Source of the DNA: an uncultured Planctomycetaceae bacterium
Lineage (GTDB): Bacteria; Planctomycetota; UBA8742; UBA2392; JABWBM01
Direction: 5' to 3'
Assembly: GCA_964548115.1 (NCBI GenBank)
Contig: CAZJPQ010000015.1
Coordinates: 3,923 to 67,922, forward strand
DNA length: 64,000 nt
Positions 10,278 to 19,825 of this stretch are shown here, one piece after another; the first letter of the stretch is position 1; every line of letters starts with the position of its first letter. The notes beneath the pieces are model-generated. The model saw only the letters and a program-made list of their open reading frames with translations, was not told where the DNA came from and did no database searches. A program made the position numbers and the translations under genes.

Positions 10278-12572
10278 TCAACTATCCGAACTAAGGTCTG
10301 CCCCAATGTCAAAGTCCCAATGATCTAAAATCTTCCAAACAATAGTCATGCGCTTCGGTTCAACTTCAAGAATCTGAAAAACAATAAGCTGAACATCAAA
10401 AGGTTTTGGATAGGAATCTTGTACATTTGAATTCACTGGGCTAGAGTATCTTTCCTCTGAACGAATGACATAGATATCTCCAACCTTAACCTCCACAGGC
10501 TTCAAAGCTTCTCTAAAGAGTCGATCATAAATCAGCTTTTTTTTATTCCTTAAAGCTTCTGGAATATTGCTTAATTCAATACTACGAATATCTTCTCCTG
10601 ATATCGCAGTTAAGCTTCGCCACTTATGGTGGCGGATATTATAGAACGCCAATTGTCCATCGTGAAAATTTAGAAGTGAAAACCTTTTAGTCTTATCCTT
10701 TAAATGAATATTTCCAATGCGAGCAGAATAGCCATCATTCAAAATACAGCTTATACCGGCTTGTTCTGAGCCTGTTTTTGCAATAAAATCAGTATATTCT
10801 TCAGTAAATTTCTGATCTGGAACTAAAAGCGGATCAGCAAGACTAGTTCTTGCATGCTTCACCAAGGTTTTTTGAAATAAGGTGAAAAACTTCAACGCTT
10901 CTTCTTCCGCCAACTCCAAAGAGCGGATGGAATCAAAAAAATTGCTTTCTGCCTTTAGGAATGATTCTATTCTTCGGACTTGAGCTTCGTATGCCTCCCG
11001 TTCTTCTTGAGCTTCAAACCTTGATGTTTGAGAAGAATACATAAGCTGACGCCCCTTCTCTCGATCATCTTCATCAGGAAGATTATTACTTAAAGCCTTC
11101 CAGGCAAAGGTCATACCACCATAGGAATCTTTCTCCAATATTTTAAAAGCAATTACAAGGGGAGTATCTGTTTTACTCTCGTCTTGTACATAACCAAGTA
11201 CGTAAATCTTATCTTTTTTGAATTCAAAAAACTGGATCCCAGGATAAGGATAAATATTACGATCCTGCACCGTAAACTCCTGAATAATATTATCTTTGGA
11301 GAACACGTGTGAAAGCTGATCATGATTTAAGCTTAAATCTGACAAAGTGATTTTTGCTATATCCATAAAATCCGATATATCTCTAAAAAGAAAACGCCGT
11401 CTTGCCGAGCTCCAATGAGGAAAATTCGGCTTTCCATCCTTTAACCACAAAATAGACTGCTTATTTATTGGATAGCAAAAATGCCCACGAGAAGTTGAAC
11501 CCGTTGGAACATCTGGTAAAAAGTCTAGTATTCTATAATCAGCCAACCGATCAACCCCTGCTTGGCCATTTTCCCGCTGAATAAGATCGGCATAGGTCTG
11601 AAGGTATTGCTCTGCAGGTGTATTCAACCCTTCAAGAAAATCAAGATAGCCCTGATGGTTAGCAAAAAAATGCTGTTGAGCTAACAAAAAGTCTCGTACA
11701 CCTTCTTCAGAAAGGCCTGAAAGATCGTAGTCTTTCAGAACCTGTATAATATTTTTGGCATGGGAATCACGTAGTTCAAAAGAGTCAACGAGCTCTGATA
11801 GTGTATCCGCCCCCTCTTTTTGATTTATAGTTTTTGGCAACGTTTCAGGGATCCTATTTGCCTCTATACGTTGACCATTTAATAAGAAACTACCAGAAAG
11901 CAATACTAGGTTTGCCGTTCCAAGTTTGATCCAATTCTTTTTATTTTTTAACACTGCCTCTTCCTCCTGATTTAAAATAACACCTTCTTCTTGAAGGTTT
12001 TCTAAAATAGTTTGAGGAGAATATTCTTCTCCATAACCACCTGATAAAACAAGCGAACGTCCTTGAACATTACTCAGCTCCACACCCGCGAGATAAAGCC
12101 TGCCTGCTTGCTTGCTTAGCAAAGCCCAACCCGTTTGCACTTCGAACTCTCCAGCCTTAAGAATATAATCAGCTTGGCGAGAGACCTGAATTCCCTGTGC
12201 TATTTGTTTAAAACTCCTGATATTTTCTTTATTACTCCCATCTTTTGGAAGCTGGTTAATCCAAAGAGTTTTTCCGTATGAAAAAAGCAAAAGACCAATC
12301 CCAACAACGACACAAGCTGCAGCTAAAATCTTTTTGAACCCTATTAAAGTTTTTACTTCCTGGTCATCTGCCTTGATGATTTTTCGCTCAAAATCTGGAA
12401 GTTTCAACTCCTCTCCAGATTCTTGAATCTCATGTGAAAAACGCTGAAGAGTTTTCTCAACAAGATCTGGAGGAGCTTCCCCACCGCAAAGCTCTTGCAA
12501 ACCAACTTCAAGAAAAGTCTCTTCTCCTGAGAACTGCTTTTCACTTCCAGTCTGACTGCTTCTTTCTCGCAT
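10278..12572 (-). CDS. Putative anti-sigma factor: ~85-aa cytoplasmic N-terminal domain, one TM helix, ~660-aa periplasmic domain
   Basis: The start ATG overlaps the stop of the upstream ECF sigma gene (TAATG). Predicted TM segment ILAAACVVVGIGLLLFSYG at residues ~84-104. Large extracytoplasmic domain without catalytic motifs. Assignment rests on architecture and gene context. Confidence 0.55.
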   Translation of the reverse strand: MRERSSQTGSEKQFSGEETFLEVGLQELCGGEAPPDLVEKTLQRFSHEIQESGEELKLPDFERKIIKADDQEVKTLIGFKKILAAACVVVGIGLLLFSYGKTLWINQLPKDGSNKENIRSFKQIAQGIQVSRQADYILKAGEFEVQTGWALLSKQAGRLYLAGVELSNVQGRSLVLSGGYGEEYSPQTILENLQEEGVILNQEEEAVLKNKKNWIKLGTANLVLLSGSFLLNGQRIEANRIPETLPKTINQKEGADTLSELVDSFELRDSHAKNIIQVLKDYDLSGLSEEGVRDFLLAQQHFFANHQGYLDFLEGLNTPAEQYLQTYADLIQRENGQAGVDRLADYRILDFLPDVPTGSTSRGHFCYPINKQSILWLKDGKPNFPHWSSARRRFLFRDISDFMDIAKITLSDLSLNHDQLSHVFSKDNIIQEFTVQDRNIYPYPGIQFFEFKKDKIYVLGYVQDESKTDTPLVIAFKILEKDSYGGMTFAWKALSNNLPDEDDREKGRQLMYSSQTSRFEAQEEREAYEAQVRRIESFLKAESNFFDSIRSLELAEEEALKFFTLFQKTLVKHARTSLADPLLVPDQKFTEEYTDFIAKTGSEQAGISCILNDGYSARIGNIHLKDKTKRFSLLNFHDGQLAFYNIRHHKWRSLTAISGEDIRSIELSNIPEALRNKKKLIYDRLFREALKPVEVKVGDIYVIRSEERYSSPVNSNVQDSYPKPFDVQLIVFQILEVEPKRMTIVWKILDHWDFDIGADLSSDS

Positions 12573-13174
12573 TAATTCTCCTTAGCCCGAAGATTCACGT
12601 CATCATTCTCATGGACTCCAAGCTTTCTTCGGATGCACTCTCGAAGCTGCTCTTTCGCCCGCCGAAGCAAATCCTTGACGCCGTTTTCACTAAGGTCAAG
12701 CAGCTGAGCAAGTTCTTTGCGGCTGCTGCCATCCTGGTATTTTGAATCAAGGGCCTGACGCATCCGAGGTTTAAGCTTTTTCAAACAAATTCGAAGGGCA
12801 TCAACAAAGACTTCCCCACCTTGTTCTCCCAATGGCGTTAACCAGACTTTTTCCACTTGCTTTACAAACAATAAAAACGCTTGTGACTCTCGCTCTTGTT
12901 TTTGTCTCGTCTTTAAAAAAGCGTTATAAGCAATACTACGAAGATAGGCAGCGGTACTCTTCTCGTTCCGCTCTTGAAAACGTTCTTGCATATAAACGTG
13001 AAAAAATCGCAAAAACGTTTCCTGAGTAAGATCATCTGCTAACGAACAATCACAGCCAAGTGTGCGCAAATAGCGCCAAACTCCTGACTGATGAAGCCGC
13101 ATAAAACTTGCACACTCTTCATGCTTGAAATCGTTCACGCATTCCCTACTTTGCTTCCCAATACTTTTGTGCAC
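12572..13174 (-). CDS. ECF-family RNA polymerase sigma-70 factor
   Basis: 200 aa. Sigma-70 region 2 (DLTQETFLRFFHVYMQER...YLRSIAYNAFL) and region 4 HTH (RKELAQLLDLSENGVKDLLRRAKEQLRE). Confidence 0.8.
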   Translation of the reverse strand: MHKSIGKQSRECVNDFKHEECASFMRLHQSGVWRYLRTLGCDCSLADDLTQETFLRFFHVYMQERFQERNEKSTAAYLRSIAYNAFLKTRQKQERESQAFLLFVKQVEKVWLTPLGEQGGEVFVDALRICLKKLKPRMRQALDSKYQDGSSRKELAQLLDLSENGVKDLLRRAKEQLRECIRRKLGVHENDDVNLRAKEN

Positions 13175-13285
13175 ACAGTATAAGAATCCCCTCTGCGACT
13201 CAAACGGGTGGATTTTTCTTAAAAAAATGAAGTATTATTTGACTTGAGACTATGCAGACTTATGTCACTGCAAAGTATTCAAATT

Positions 13286-13370
13286 TGGTGCAGGCGGAGA
13301 GACTCGAACTCTCACGGGTTACCCCACGGGATCCTAAATCCCGCGCGTCTACCAGTTCCGCCACGCCTGC
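13286..13370 (-). tRNA. tRNA-Leu (anticodon UAG), type II with long variable arm, encoded CCA
   Basis: Minus-strand sequence GCAGGCGTGGCGGAACTGGTAGACGCGCGGGATTTAGGATCCCGTGGGGTAACCCGTGAGAGTTCGAGTCTCTCCGCCTGCACCA. 7-bp acceptor stem. Anticodon stem CGGGA/TCCCG with loop TTTAGGA. T-arm GAGTTCGAGTCTC. Confidence 0.85.
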
Positions 13371-13658
13371 GTTTTTAGCGAAAGGATGCTCTCTTCTATC
13401 AAAGTGCTAAGAGTATGGGTATAAAAAAACGCTCTATGGTTATTTTGAATCAAACTTAACCCATACCTTCTTTATTTTCATAAGCATTATTTTGAGTTCT
13501 ATATTAATAACGATAAGTTTTTACATTCGACTCGAAAAAACCTTCACTTTATTAATAAAAAGACCTTAGAATAGCTTTCCATAGGTCTTCAAAGCTTGAT
13601 GCCTTGAAAACCATAAAACATCCTTACACACATTAGACATAAAAAGAGATGTTCTACG

Positions 13659-14642
13659 ATGAAAGTTTTTCACTGTCTTGAAGATTTTCAAGAAGGCTAT
13701 TCAGAATACTGCTACCGCAGACCAATCGTCAGCGTTGGCAGCTTTGACGGCTTGCATCTTGGGCACCAATACCTACTCCAGGAACTTGTCGGCTGGGCTC
13801 AGGAAGTAGAGACTCCTAGTCTTGTCTTGACCTTCCATACCCATCCCCGAACCTTTATGACAGGTCAAAAGATTTTACGAATTATTCCAGTCGAGCAAAA
13901 ACTCGCCTTATTAAAAGAACAAGGGGTTGACATTGTTCTCCTGATAGATTTCAACGCCGAGCTGAAATCCACTAGCGCCAAAGAGTTTTGTCGACAATAC
14001 TTAAACCAGGGTCTTAACGCTCAGGGAATCTTACTTGGGCATAATAATCGCATCGGACAAGGACGAGAAGGCACTCCTGAAAAGATGCGTCAACTGGGGA
14101 ACCGCTTCGATTTTGAAGTTCGCATTGCCCAAGGAGTTAAAGTTGGAGAACATTCCATCTCCAGCTCTCTGATCCGTGACTCTATTCAAAACAGTGATTT
14201 CACTTTAACCCGCAAGCTTCTCGGCAGACCCTATATACTGGAAGGCAAAGTTCAGGAAGGACAAAAGCTCGGAAGAACTTTAGGATTTCCAACAATGAAC
14301 CTCTCGCTTCAAGGACTTGTTCATCCTCCCTATGGCGTTTATGGTGTGCGAATACGTATCCGCGATCAGTGGTACCATGGAGCAGCAAATATTGGCATAC
14401 GTCCAACGCTTAACAAACAAAATCAAGACCCTTTGCTTGAAGTACACGTACTCAACTACAAGAGAGAAAACTACGGAGAACAAGTCGAGGTGCTTTTTGA
14501 CTATCCTATTCGAAACGAAAAAAAGTTCCCAAACCTTGATGCCTTAAAAAACCAGCTTTGTCTTGACGTTGAAAGTGTCCGTGAAAAAATGGATTACTCC
14601 AGTCTTTCAGAGGTAAAACGTTTACCCCTTGAAACACTCTGA
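13659..14642 (+). CDS. ribF: Bifunctional riboflavin kinase / FMN adenylyltransferase
   Basis: 327 aa. N-terminal FAD-synthetase motif SVGSFDGLHLGHQ and C-terminal riboflavin-kinase domain (GFPTMNL...GVYGV...GAANIGIRPT). Confidence 0.9.
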   Translation: MKVFHCLEDFQEGYSEYCYRRPIVSVGSFDGLHLGHQYLLQELVGWAQEVETPSLVLTFHTHPRTFMTGQKILRIIPVEQKLALLKEQGVDIVLLIDFNAELKSTSAKEFCRQYLNQGLNAQGILLGHNNRIGQGREGTPEKMRQLGNRFDFEVRIAQGVKVGEHSISSSLIRDSIQNSDFTLTRKLLGRPYILEGKVQEGQKLGRTLGFPTMNLSLQGLVHPPYGVYGVRIRIRDQWYHGAANIGIRPTLNKQNQDPLLEVHVLNYKRENYGEQVEVLFDYPIRNEKKFPNLDALKNQLCLDVESVREKMDYSSLSEVKRLPLETL

Positions 14643-14701
14643 GCTTCACAAGTGTCTTGAAAAACTCTCTTTATCAAGCTTTATAGAAACCAGGCCATAG
14701 C

Positions 14702-17700
14702 ATGAACATCTTTAATATTTCACTTTTTGGTCAAGCTTCGGCTAAGAAGCTTTTATACCACTCCTGCTTTTTTCAGTATTTCCTTTTTTTCGGGTTATCA
14801 GGATTCTTCCTACTTCCCACTGTTCAAACTTTACTTAATCCAAGGGTTATCCACGCTCAAGAAAAAGAAAAGCCCCCAACAAAACAAGAAAAAGCAACAA
14901 AAGATCTCAAAGTAAAAGAAGCTCTTGAAGCAGCTCAACGTTTACGAGCATTTCAAGAACCAAGACTTGCTTATAAACGACTCGAAAAAGCTTTGCATGA
15001 AAACCCCTACTCTCGCTCTCTCCAACATGCATTGGCAGAACTCTGCTTACGAGAACCCTTATTACTCTCACGGCAACAAGCTCACAAACTCTATCAAGCT
15101 TTGCTTGAAACAAACCCTGAGGATGCAAGGGCTCACGCAGGCCTTGGTGAAATTCTTTTTCTTGAAGCAGGAGCATACTTCGGACAACCTTCTGTTCAAG
15201 CTCAAGAAGCTATAAAATCCTTAAATCAAGCGGCGTCAGAACATCTTCAAAAAGCAACAGAATACAATCCACAATTGACCCAGGCATTTTTTCTGCTTGG
15301 AGAAATTGAACGCACAAAAGCAAGAGAGCTCAACCCAAGCGACCCGAACTACACTGCTCACCGCAGTATAGCCTATAAGGCTGCGGCTCAATACTATCAA
15401 AAAACACTGGAGCTTGATGCCAACTTTCACGAAGTTTATCTTTCCTATGCTCTTGTCTTAATGGAGCTCGAAGAGCCTCAAAAAGGACTTGAACAGGTTC
15501 AAGCTTACGAACTGCTCAACGGAGAAAATTATGCGACTTGGGATCTCAAGTCTCGTTTAGCGCTCCATCTTGATCCTCCAAATTTTTCACTGCTTACTCG
15601 TTCCCTTTGGAATATCCGCAAGATCTTCCCTTCGATTGAAAATGATCTTTTTTACTCATTAAGTAAAAGGATTCAAGACCATGAAAACCAAAACCAGAAA
15701 CTCCATCACATTCAAGTTCTTCGTTCAATGAGTCAGATTTTTTCTCATCAGGAACGTCTTCAGGTACTCGCTCCCTATTTACCAAATCAAAAAGATAAAA
15801 GTAAAGAACATGCAACAAAGGAAGATAAAACAACGAACACTTCTCACCAACCTGTGTTTCCAGAATTTTGCTACCTTGCCGCTTCAAGTTTCTTTGAGCT
15901 TGCAATTGAGGCTTCTGACCCAAATTCCAGAAAAACATACTATCACCAGGCCCTTGAACTTTTAAACCACCCATTTTCTTCAAGTGATAAGAACCAAGAC
16001 AAAGAGGATCCCCAAGAAAATCAACCAGAGAAAGAGAGCAACATAGAAGAAGCCATATTCAGCGCAGATGTGCCCGATTTTTTAAGATTGCGGGCTTTGT
16101 GTCAACTCAGGCTTGGCTTGTACCAGGAAGCTATTCAAGATTTTCAAGAGCTTGCGCTTTATGACAAAGAAGATCCTAACGCTCTTGCTTACGCTGCTGT
16201 GATACCAGACATCGAGGCTGGCTTCATGAGCCTCAAAGCCTTTGAAAATTACCTTGACATTCTTGATGTTACAATGTCAAGAGAGCAAAGAATCCAGCTT
16301 CTCCAAGGCCTGCTTGCTCCATGGCCTGATTTTTCAGCAGGCCACAGCACGCTTGGCTGGTTATTTTATCGCACAAGCAACTTTGAAAAAGCTGTAGACC
16401 ACTTTGATACAGCCCTTAAACGTAAAAAATTCTATAAACCAGCACTTTACGGACGCGGCTTAAGTTTGATTCGGCTTGCTCAATTTGAAGCAGCTCAAGC
16501 TTCCTTAAAAAAGGTCTTTGAGCTTGAGCCTGATTTTCGCGATGTCCGGTTCTGGCATCACCTGCTGGAAAAAGCTTACGAGCAGAAGGTTGACTTTCAA
16601 GCGATTCTGCTCTTTCAGGAATCCCTTCAGGATTCCCTACCCCTCCAAGAACAAATAGAGAAACTTGACAGAGCCTTACTCTTATGGCCTTCTTTCTTTG
16701 AAGCTTTAATTGAACGGGCCTCTCAAGCTCTTCAAGAAGAAGATTTAGAGCTGGTAACAAGCTTATCACAACGGATGCTTGCCAGCGCCTCCACCCCTCA
16801 AGAACGTTCACGAGCCCATGCTTTTCGAGCGAATCTTGCGAGACGGCATAACGACAATCAAAAAGCTCTCGAAGAGTATCAGCTTGCTCGAGAATATGAA
16901 AAAGATGATCTTGAGCGACGGGCAAGCCTCTTCTACCTTGAATCATACCTGCTCTTCACACAAAAGTCCTATGACCAAAGCTATCGTTTACTTCAGAAAG
17001 CGACTCAAGAAGGGTTGCAGTTTTCGGCCTTCCAACCAGATCAAGAGACTCTTGAACAGATTGATCCTCAAGATTTCATCGCTGGTCTTTCCCAAGATCA
17101 AAAAATCTATTTACAGCCTCAACGGCAAAGTGGCGAAAAGAAAAATTATCGCATCAAGCTTTCAGTCGGACAAGAAGGGCCCCAATACATTGATCAAAGC
17201 ATTGATCTTGTTGCAAGTTTAGAAATGCTTTCATCACCGGAAAAGAACGGGCTCTATGAGATAAACGTGTATCTTGAAAAGCAAAAAGACGCTGATAATC
17301 AGGACCCTAACTTCAATGTACTGCAGGGACTTGAGTTTCAACTCAAGATCTCACCCTGGTTTGGGCTAGTAGAGTTTCCTTTTGCGGAAGATGACCCAGC
17401 CTACGCTCCCTCCTTACCACTGATTCAAGGAATCTGTGAGAGCTTCACCATAACTTTAGGCTTCAAAACTCTGGAATTTCCTTTTCTTTGGAGTGGCTCT
17501 CATCTGCAAGGAGTCGCTCATCTCGGTGGAAGGCACGAAGCTTGTTACCTCCAGCATAATGACTTGGGAGAATTACACTTCAAACGTTTAGCGATTGATG
17601 ATTTCAAAAGTGCAGACGACCTTGTAGATTTCCATGCCGCCCGCAAAAGCATTGAAACAAAAGTAATACTCAATCCTCGCCATGCCCTTAAAGAAGTAAC

Positions 17701-17788
17701 AATGAACGTTCGTCGCTCCTCTTTAACCCCTGAAGAAGATGATGTCATAACAAAAAAAATCGGGCTTCAGCTTCAACTCATGGATTAG
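14702..17788 (+). CDS. Large secreted TPR-repeat protein (1028 aa) with a non-TPR C-terminal ~230-aa domain
   Basis: N-terminal hydrophobic signal/TM segment (FFQYFLFFGLSGFFLLPTVQTLL), then many TPR-like helical repeats (AxxxYxxAL patterns). The C-terminal part lacks TPR periodicity. Its 3' end overlaps rsmB convergently by 11 nt. Confidence 0.65.
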   Translation: MNIFNISLFGQASAKKLLYHSCFFQYFLFFGLSGFFLLPTVQTLLNPRVIHAQEKEKPPTKQEKATKDLKVKEALEAAQRLRAFQEPRLAYKRLEKALHENPYSRSLQHALAELCLREPLLLSRQQAHKLYQALLETNPEDARAHAGLGEILFLEAGAYFGQPSVQAQEAIKSLNQAASEHLQKATEYNPQLTQAFFLLGEIERTKARELNPSDPNYTAHRSIAYKAAAQYYQKTLELDANFHEVYLSYALVLMELEEPQKGLEQVQAYELLNGENYATWDLKSRLALHLDPPNFSLLTRSLWNIRKIFPSIENDLFYSLSKRIQDHENQNQKLHHIQVLRSMSQIFSHQERLQVLAPYLPNQKDKSKEHATKEDKTTNTSHQPVFPEFCYLAASSFFELAIEASDPNSRKTYYHQALELLNHPFSSSDKNQDKEDPQENQPEKESNIEEAIFSADVPDFLRLRALCQLRLGLYQEAIQDFQELALYDKEDPNALAYAAVIPDIEAGFMSLKAFENYLDILDVTMSREQRIQLLQGLLAPWPDFSAGHSTLGWLFYRTSNFEKAVDHFDTALKRKKFYKPALYGRGLSLIRLAQFEAAQASLKKVFELEPDFRDVRFWHHLLEKAYEQKVDFQAILLFQESLQDSLPLQEQIEKLDRALLLWPSFFEALIERASQALQEEDLELVTSLSQRMLASASTPQERSRAHAFRANLARRHNDNQKALEEYQLAREYEKDDLERRASLFYLESYLLFTQKSYDQSYRLLQKATQEGLQFSAFQPDQETLEQIDPQDFIAGLSQDQKIYLQPQRQSGEKKNYRIKLSVGQEGPQYIDQSIDLVASLEMLSSPEKNGLYEINVYLEKQKDADNQDPNFNVLQGLEFQLKISPWFGLVEFPFAEDDPAYAPSLPLIQGICESFTITLGFKTLEFPFLWSGSHLQGVAHLGGRHEACYLQHNDLGELHFKRLAIDDFKSADDLVDFHAARKSIETKVILNPRHALKEVTMNVRRSSLTPEEDDVITKKIGLQLQLMD

Positions 17789-19280
17789 ACATAGCTCTTT
17801 CCAGAATTGCAAAATAAGCACCATCATGCTCACCAGGCAGAGGAAGAATCGTTTTTTCTTTTACCACCTTCCAATCAGCTTTGTCTTGAAGAAAAGTTCT
17901 TACAAGTGAGCCATTCTCAGAAGCAAGAAGAGAGCAGGTTGAATAAACGAATATGCCTCCCTCTCGCACACAATAGCTTGCGCTTTCAAATAATTCTTGT
18001 TGCAGTTTTATTAATGCTTTCAGCCGCTCCTGCTGGAAGCGAAAGCGTAATTCCAAACGTCGAGCAAGTACACCCGTATTACTGCAAGGGGCATCAAGTA
18101 AAACAAAATCATAGCGCTGTTTTGAACTGTCAAGCTCAGCTCGATAACGACGAGCATCAAGACATCGTGCCCGAACATTAGAAACTTCTAACCGCTTAAG
18201 GTTATGCTTTATTTTTTTCAATTGAGAGGGATCAGACTCAAGAGCCTGAACGCTTCCCTTTGGCCCAATAAGCTCGGCAAGCTGTGTCAGCTTACCACCT
18301 GGACCTGCGCAGAAATCAAGACAATGCCAGCCTTTTTTTGGAGCTGCTTCAACCAAAGCTTGCTGCGCAGCATAGTCTTGAACAATCATTGCTCCTGATT
18401 GAAAAGCTTTACTATGAATTAATTTCGAAGCTAAAGCAGGCCCTGCTTGAAGTGCTTGGCCTACACGTTTATAGGCAAAAGAAAGATCTTCAGCTTGATT
18501 CTCCTCCTGCCCCCACTTCTTCAGAAGAGTAGCAATACCCTCTCCTTTTTCTTGCTCTTGGCTCAAACGAAACCAGGTGGCTGGTTTCTCACAAGCGGCT
18601 AAACAATAGAGTGCAAAACTTTGCTCATCAAGCTGCTGACGCAACTCTGCTCCAAGCCACTGAGGAATACCAGCACAAAGCTCGAGAGCCTCAAACAAAG
18701 AATCTGGAAAAATACGATCTTTTGCACGCACAAGAACTCTATTTTCAAAAACAAAAGAAACAGGCGTAAAATACCGTTCAAGAACACTCTTCTCGGCACG
18801 CCGTAATAAAAGTTGTTCCTGGGGATTTAAACCTTCAAAAGAAGTTGTTGCTGTTATGCGCCGTAGCACAGCATTTACAAGAGCTTTTGCCCTTGGGTTC
18901 TTTTTCCTGACCAAAGCAACACTTTCAGAAACAGCTCGATAGGCTGGGACTCCTCGGAAATAAGAAGCAAGCCCCAATCGCAAAGCAGCTATCACCGCTC
19001 GTTCCATGCGCTGAGTTTTCATCTTGGAAAAAGTATCAATCAAAAAATCATAGAGCTTGCCATGCCTGAGAGTACTTTCACAAAGCCCTAAAACTCCCCC
19101 TACAATTGGGCTCTCCCCCTCCCTTAAAATTTGATCAAGACGCTTTGAACGCGGATCAAAACTTTTAAGAATGTTATGCGCTTGCTCTAATACTGAAATT
19201 TGGGGTTGTTTTTGTTTTCTCAAAGAAGGCTGAGAATTTCTTAATGACACGAGCTTATCTTTCATCAATATGAGAATCAC
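17778..19280 (-). CDS. rsmB: 16S rRNA (cytosine967-C5)-methyltransferase RsmB/Sun
   Basis: N-terminal NusB-like domain. SAM-binding motifs FCAGPGGKLTQLAE and LLDAPCSNTGV. Catalytic-region cysteine in YSTCSL. Confidence 0.9.
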   Translation of the reverse strand: MILILMKDKLVSLRNSQPSLRKQKQPQISVLEQAHNILKSFDPRSKRLDQILREGESPIVGGVLGLCESTLRHGKLYDFLIDTFSKMKTQRMERAVIAALRLGLASYFRGVPAYRAVSESVALVRKKNPRAKALVNAVLRRITATTSFEGLNPQEQLLLRRAEKSVLERYFTPVSFVFENRVLVRAKDRIFPDSLFEALELCAGIPQWLGAELRQQLDEQSFALYCLAACEKPATWFRLSQEQEKGEGIATLLKKWGQEENQAEDLSFAYKRVGQALQAGPALASKLIHSKAFQSGAMIVQDYAAQQALVEAAPKKGWHCLDFCAGPGGKLTQLAELIGPKGSVQALESDPSQLKKIKHNLKRLEVSNVRARCLDARRYRAELDSSKQRYDFVLLDAPCSNTGVLARRLELRFRFQQERLKALIKLQQELFESASYCVREGGIFVYSTCSLLASENGSLVRTFLQDKADWKVVKEKTILPLPGEHDGAYFAILERAMSNP

Positions 19281-19289
19281 TGGATCTTT

Positions 19290-19757
19290 TTATTCTGAAT
19301 TCGGAGCGTTTGCGGTTGTCCTTTTCACGCATAATATACTTTGAGCAAGCTTTTCTAATTCAAACACCACTCTTTCTTCGCCACAAAGCCGATAGCCCTG
19401 AGCTATCACACCTGCCAACTCTATATCATCGAGAAGGCACTCTTCTACCATTTCATAACATAAACAAGTAAAAGAAACTTCTACACCATTGTACTCAAAG
19501 GCTTCTCCACCCTCAAAACCTGGGTCAACCAAGACTACTCCAAACAAAGGCTGAAGCTTAGTCTCTTCTTTTTTGACAAAATCATGAAAAGCACAAGAAC
19601 CCACCCAAGCTGCGATAACCCCAGGTCGCTTTAAAACAAACTCCTTAATCTTAGCCCCACAAGACCGGTAGCCTTTGGCATACTCAAGTGAATGATACTC
19701 TGGAACAGCTTTTCTTGGCATCTCAAACCTCAAGGGCTTTGCAAAAACAAAAGACAT
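19290..19757 (-). CDS. Hypothetical protein (155 aa), probably co-transcribed with rsmB
   Basis: 10-nt gap to the rsmB start on the same strand. No recognisable motif. Not Def or Fmt (no HExxH, no SLLP). Confidence 0.4.
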   Translation of the reverse strand: MSFVFAKPLRFEMPRKAVPEYHSLEYAKGYRSCGAKIKEFVLKRPGVIAAWVGSCAFHDFVKKEETKLQPLFGVVLVDPGFEGGEAFEYNGVEVSFTCLCYEMVEECLLDDIELAGVIAQGYRLCGEERVVFELEKLAQSILCVKRTTANAPNSE

Positions 19758-19825
19758 CCTTCCTTATATCATGTATAATAGCTTAAAGGGGTTAGAACAG
19801 ATACAACCGAAAAGAAAGATTATTC

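Noticed and set aside
12434-12745. Plus-strand 103-aa ORF spanning the sigma/anti-sigma junction
   Set aside because: It is antisense to two well-supported overlapping genes and has no RBS or motif.
19290-19757. Possibility that the 155-aa gene upstream of rsmB is a short Fmt or Def, given the usual def-fmt-rsmB order
   Set aside because: It has no HExxH/EGCLS (Def) or SLLP/HxSLLPxxRG (Fmt) motifs, so it is left as hypothetical.
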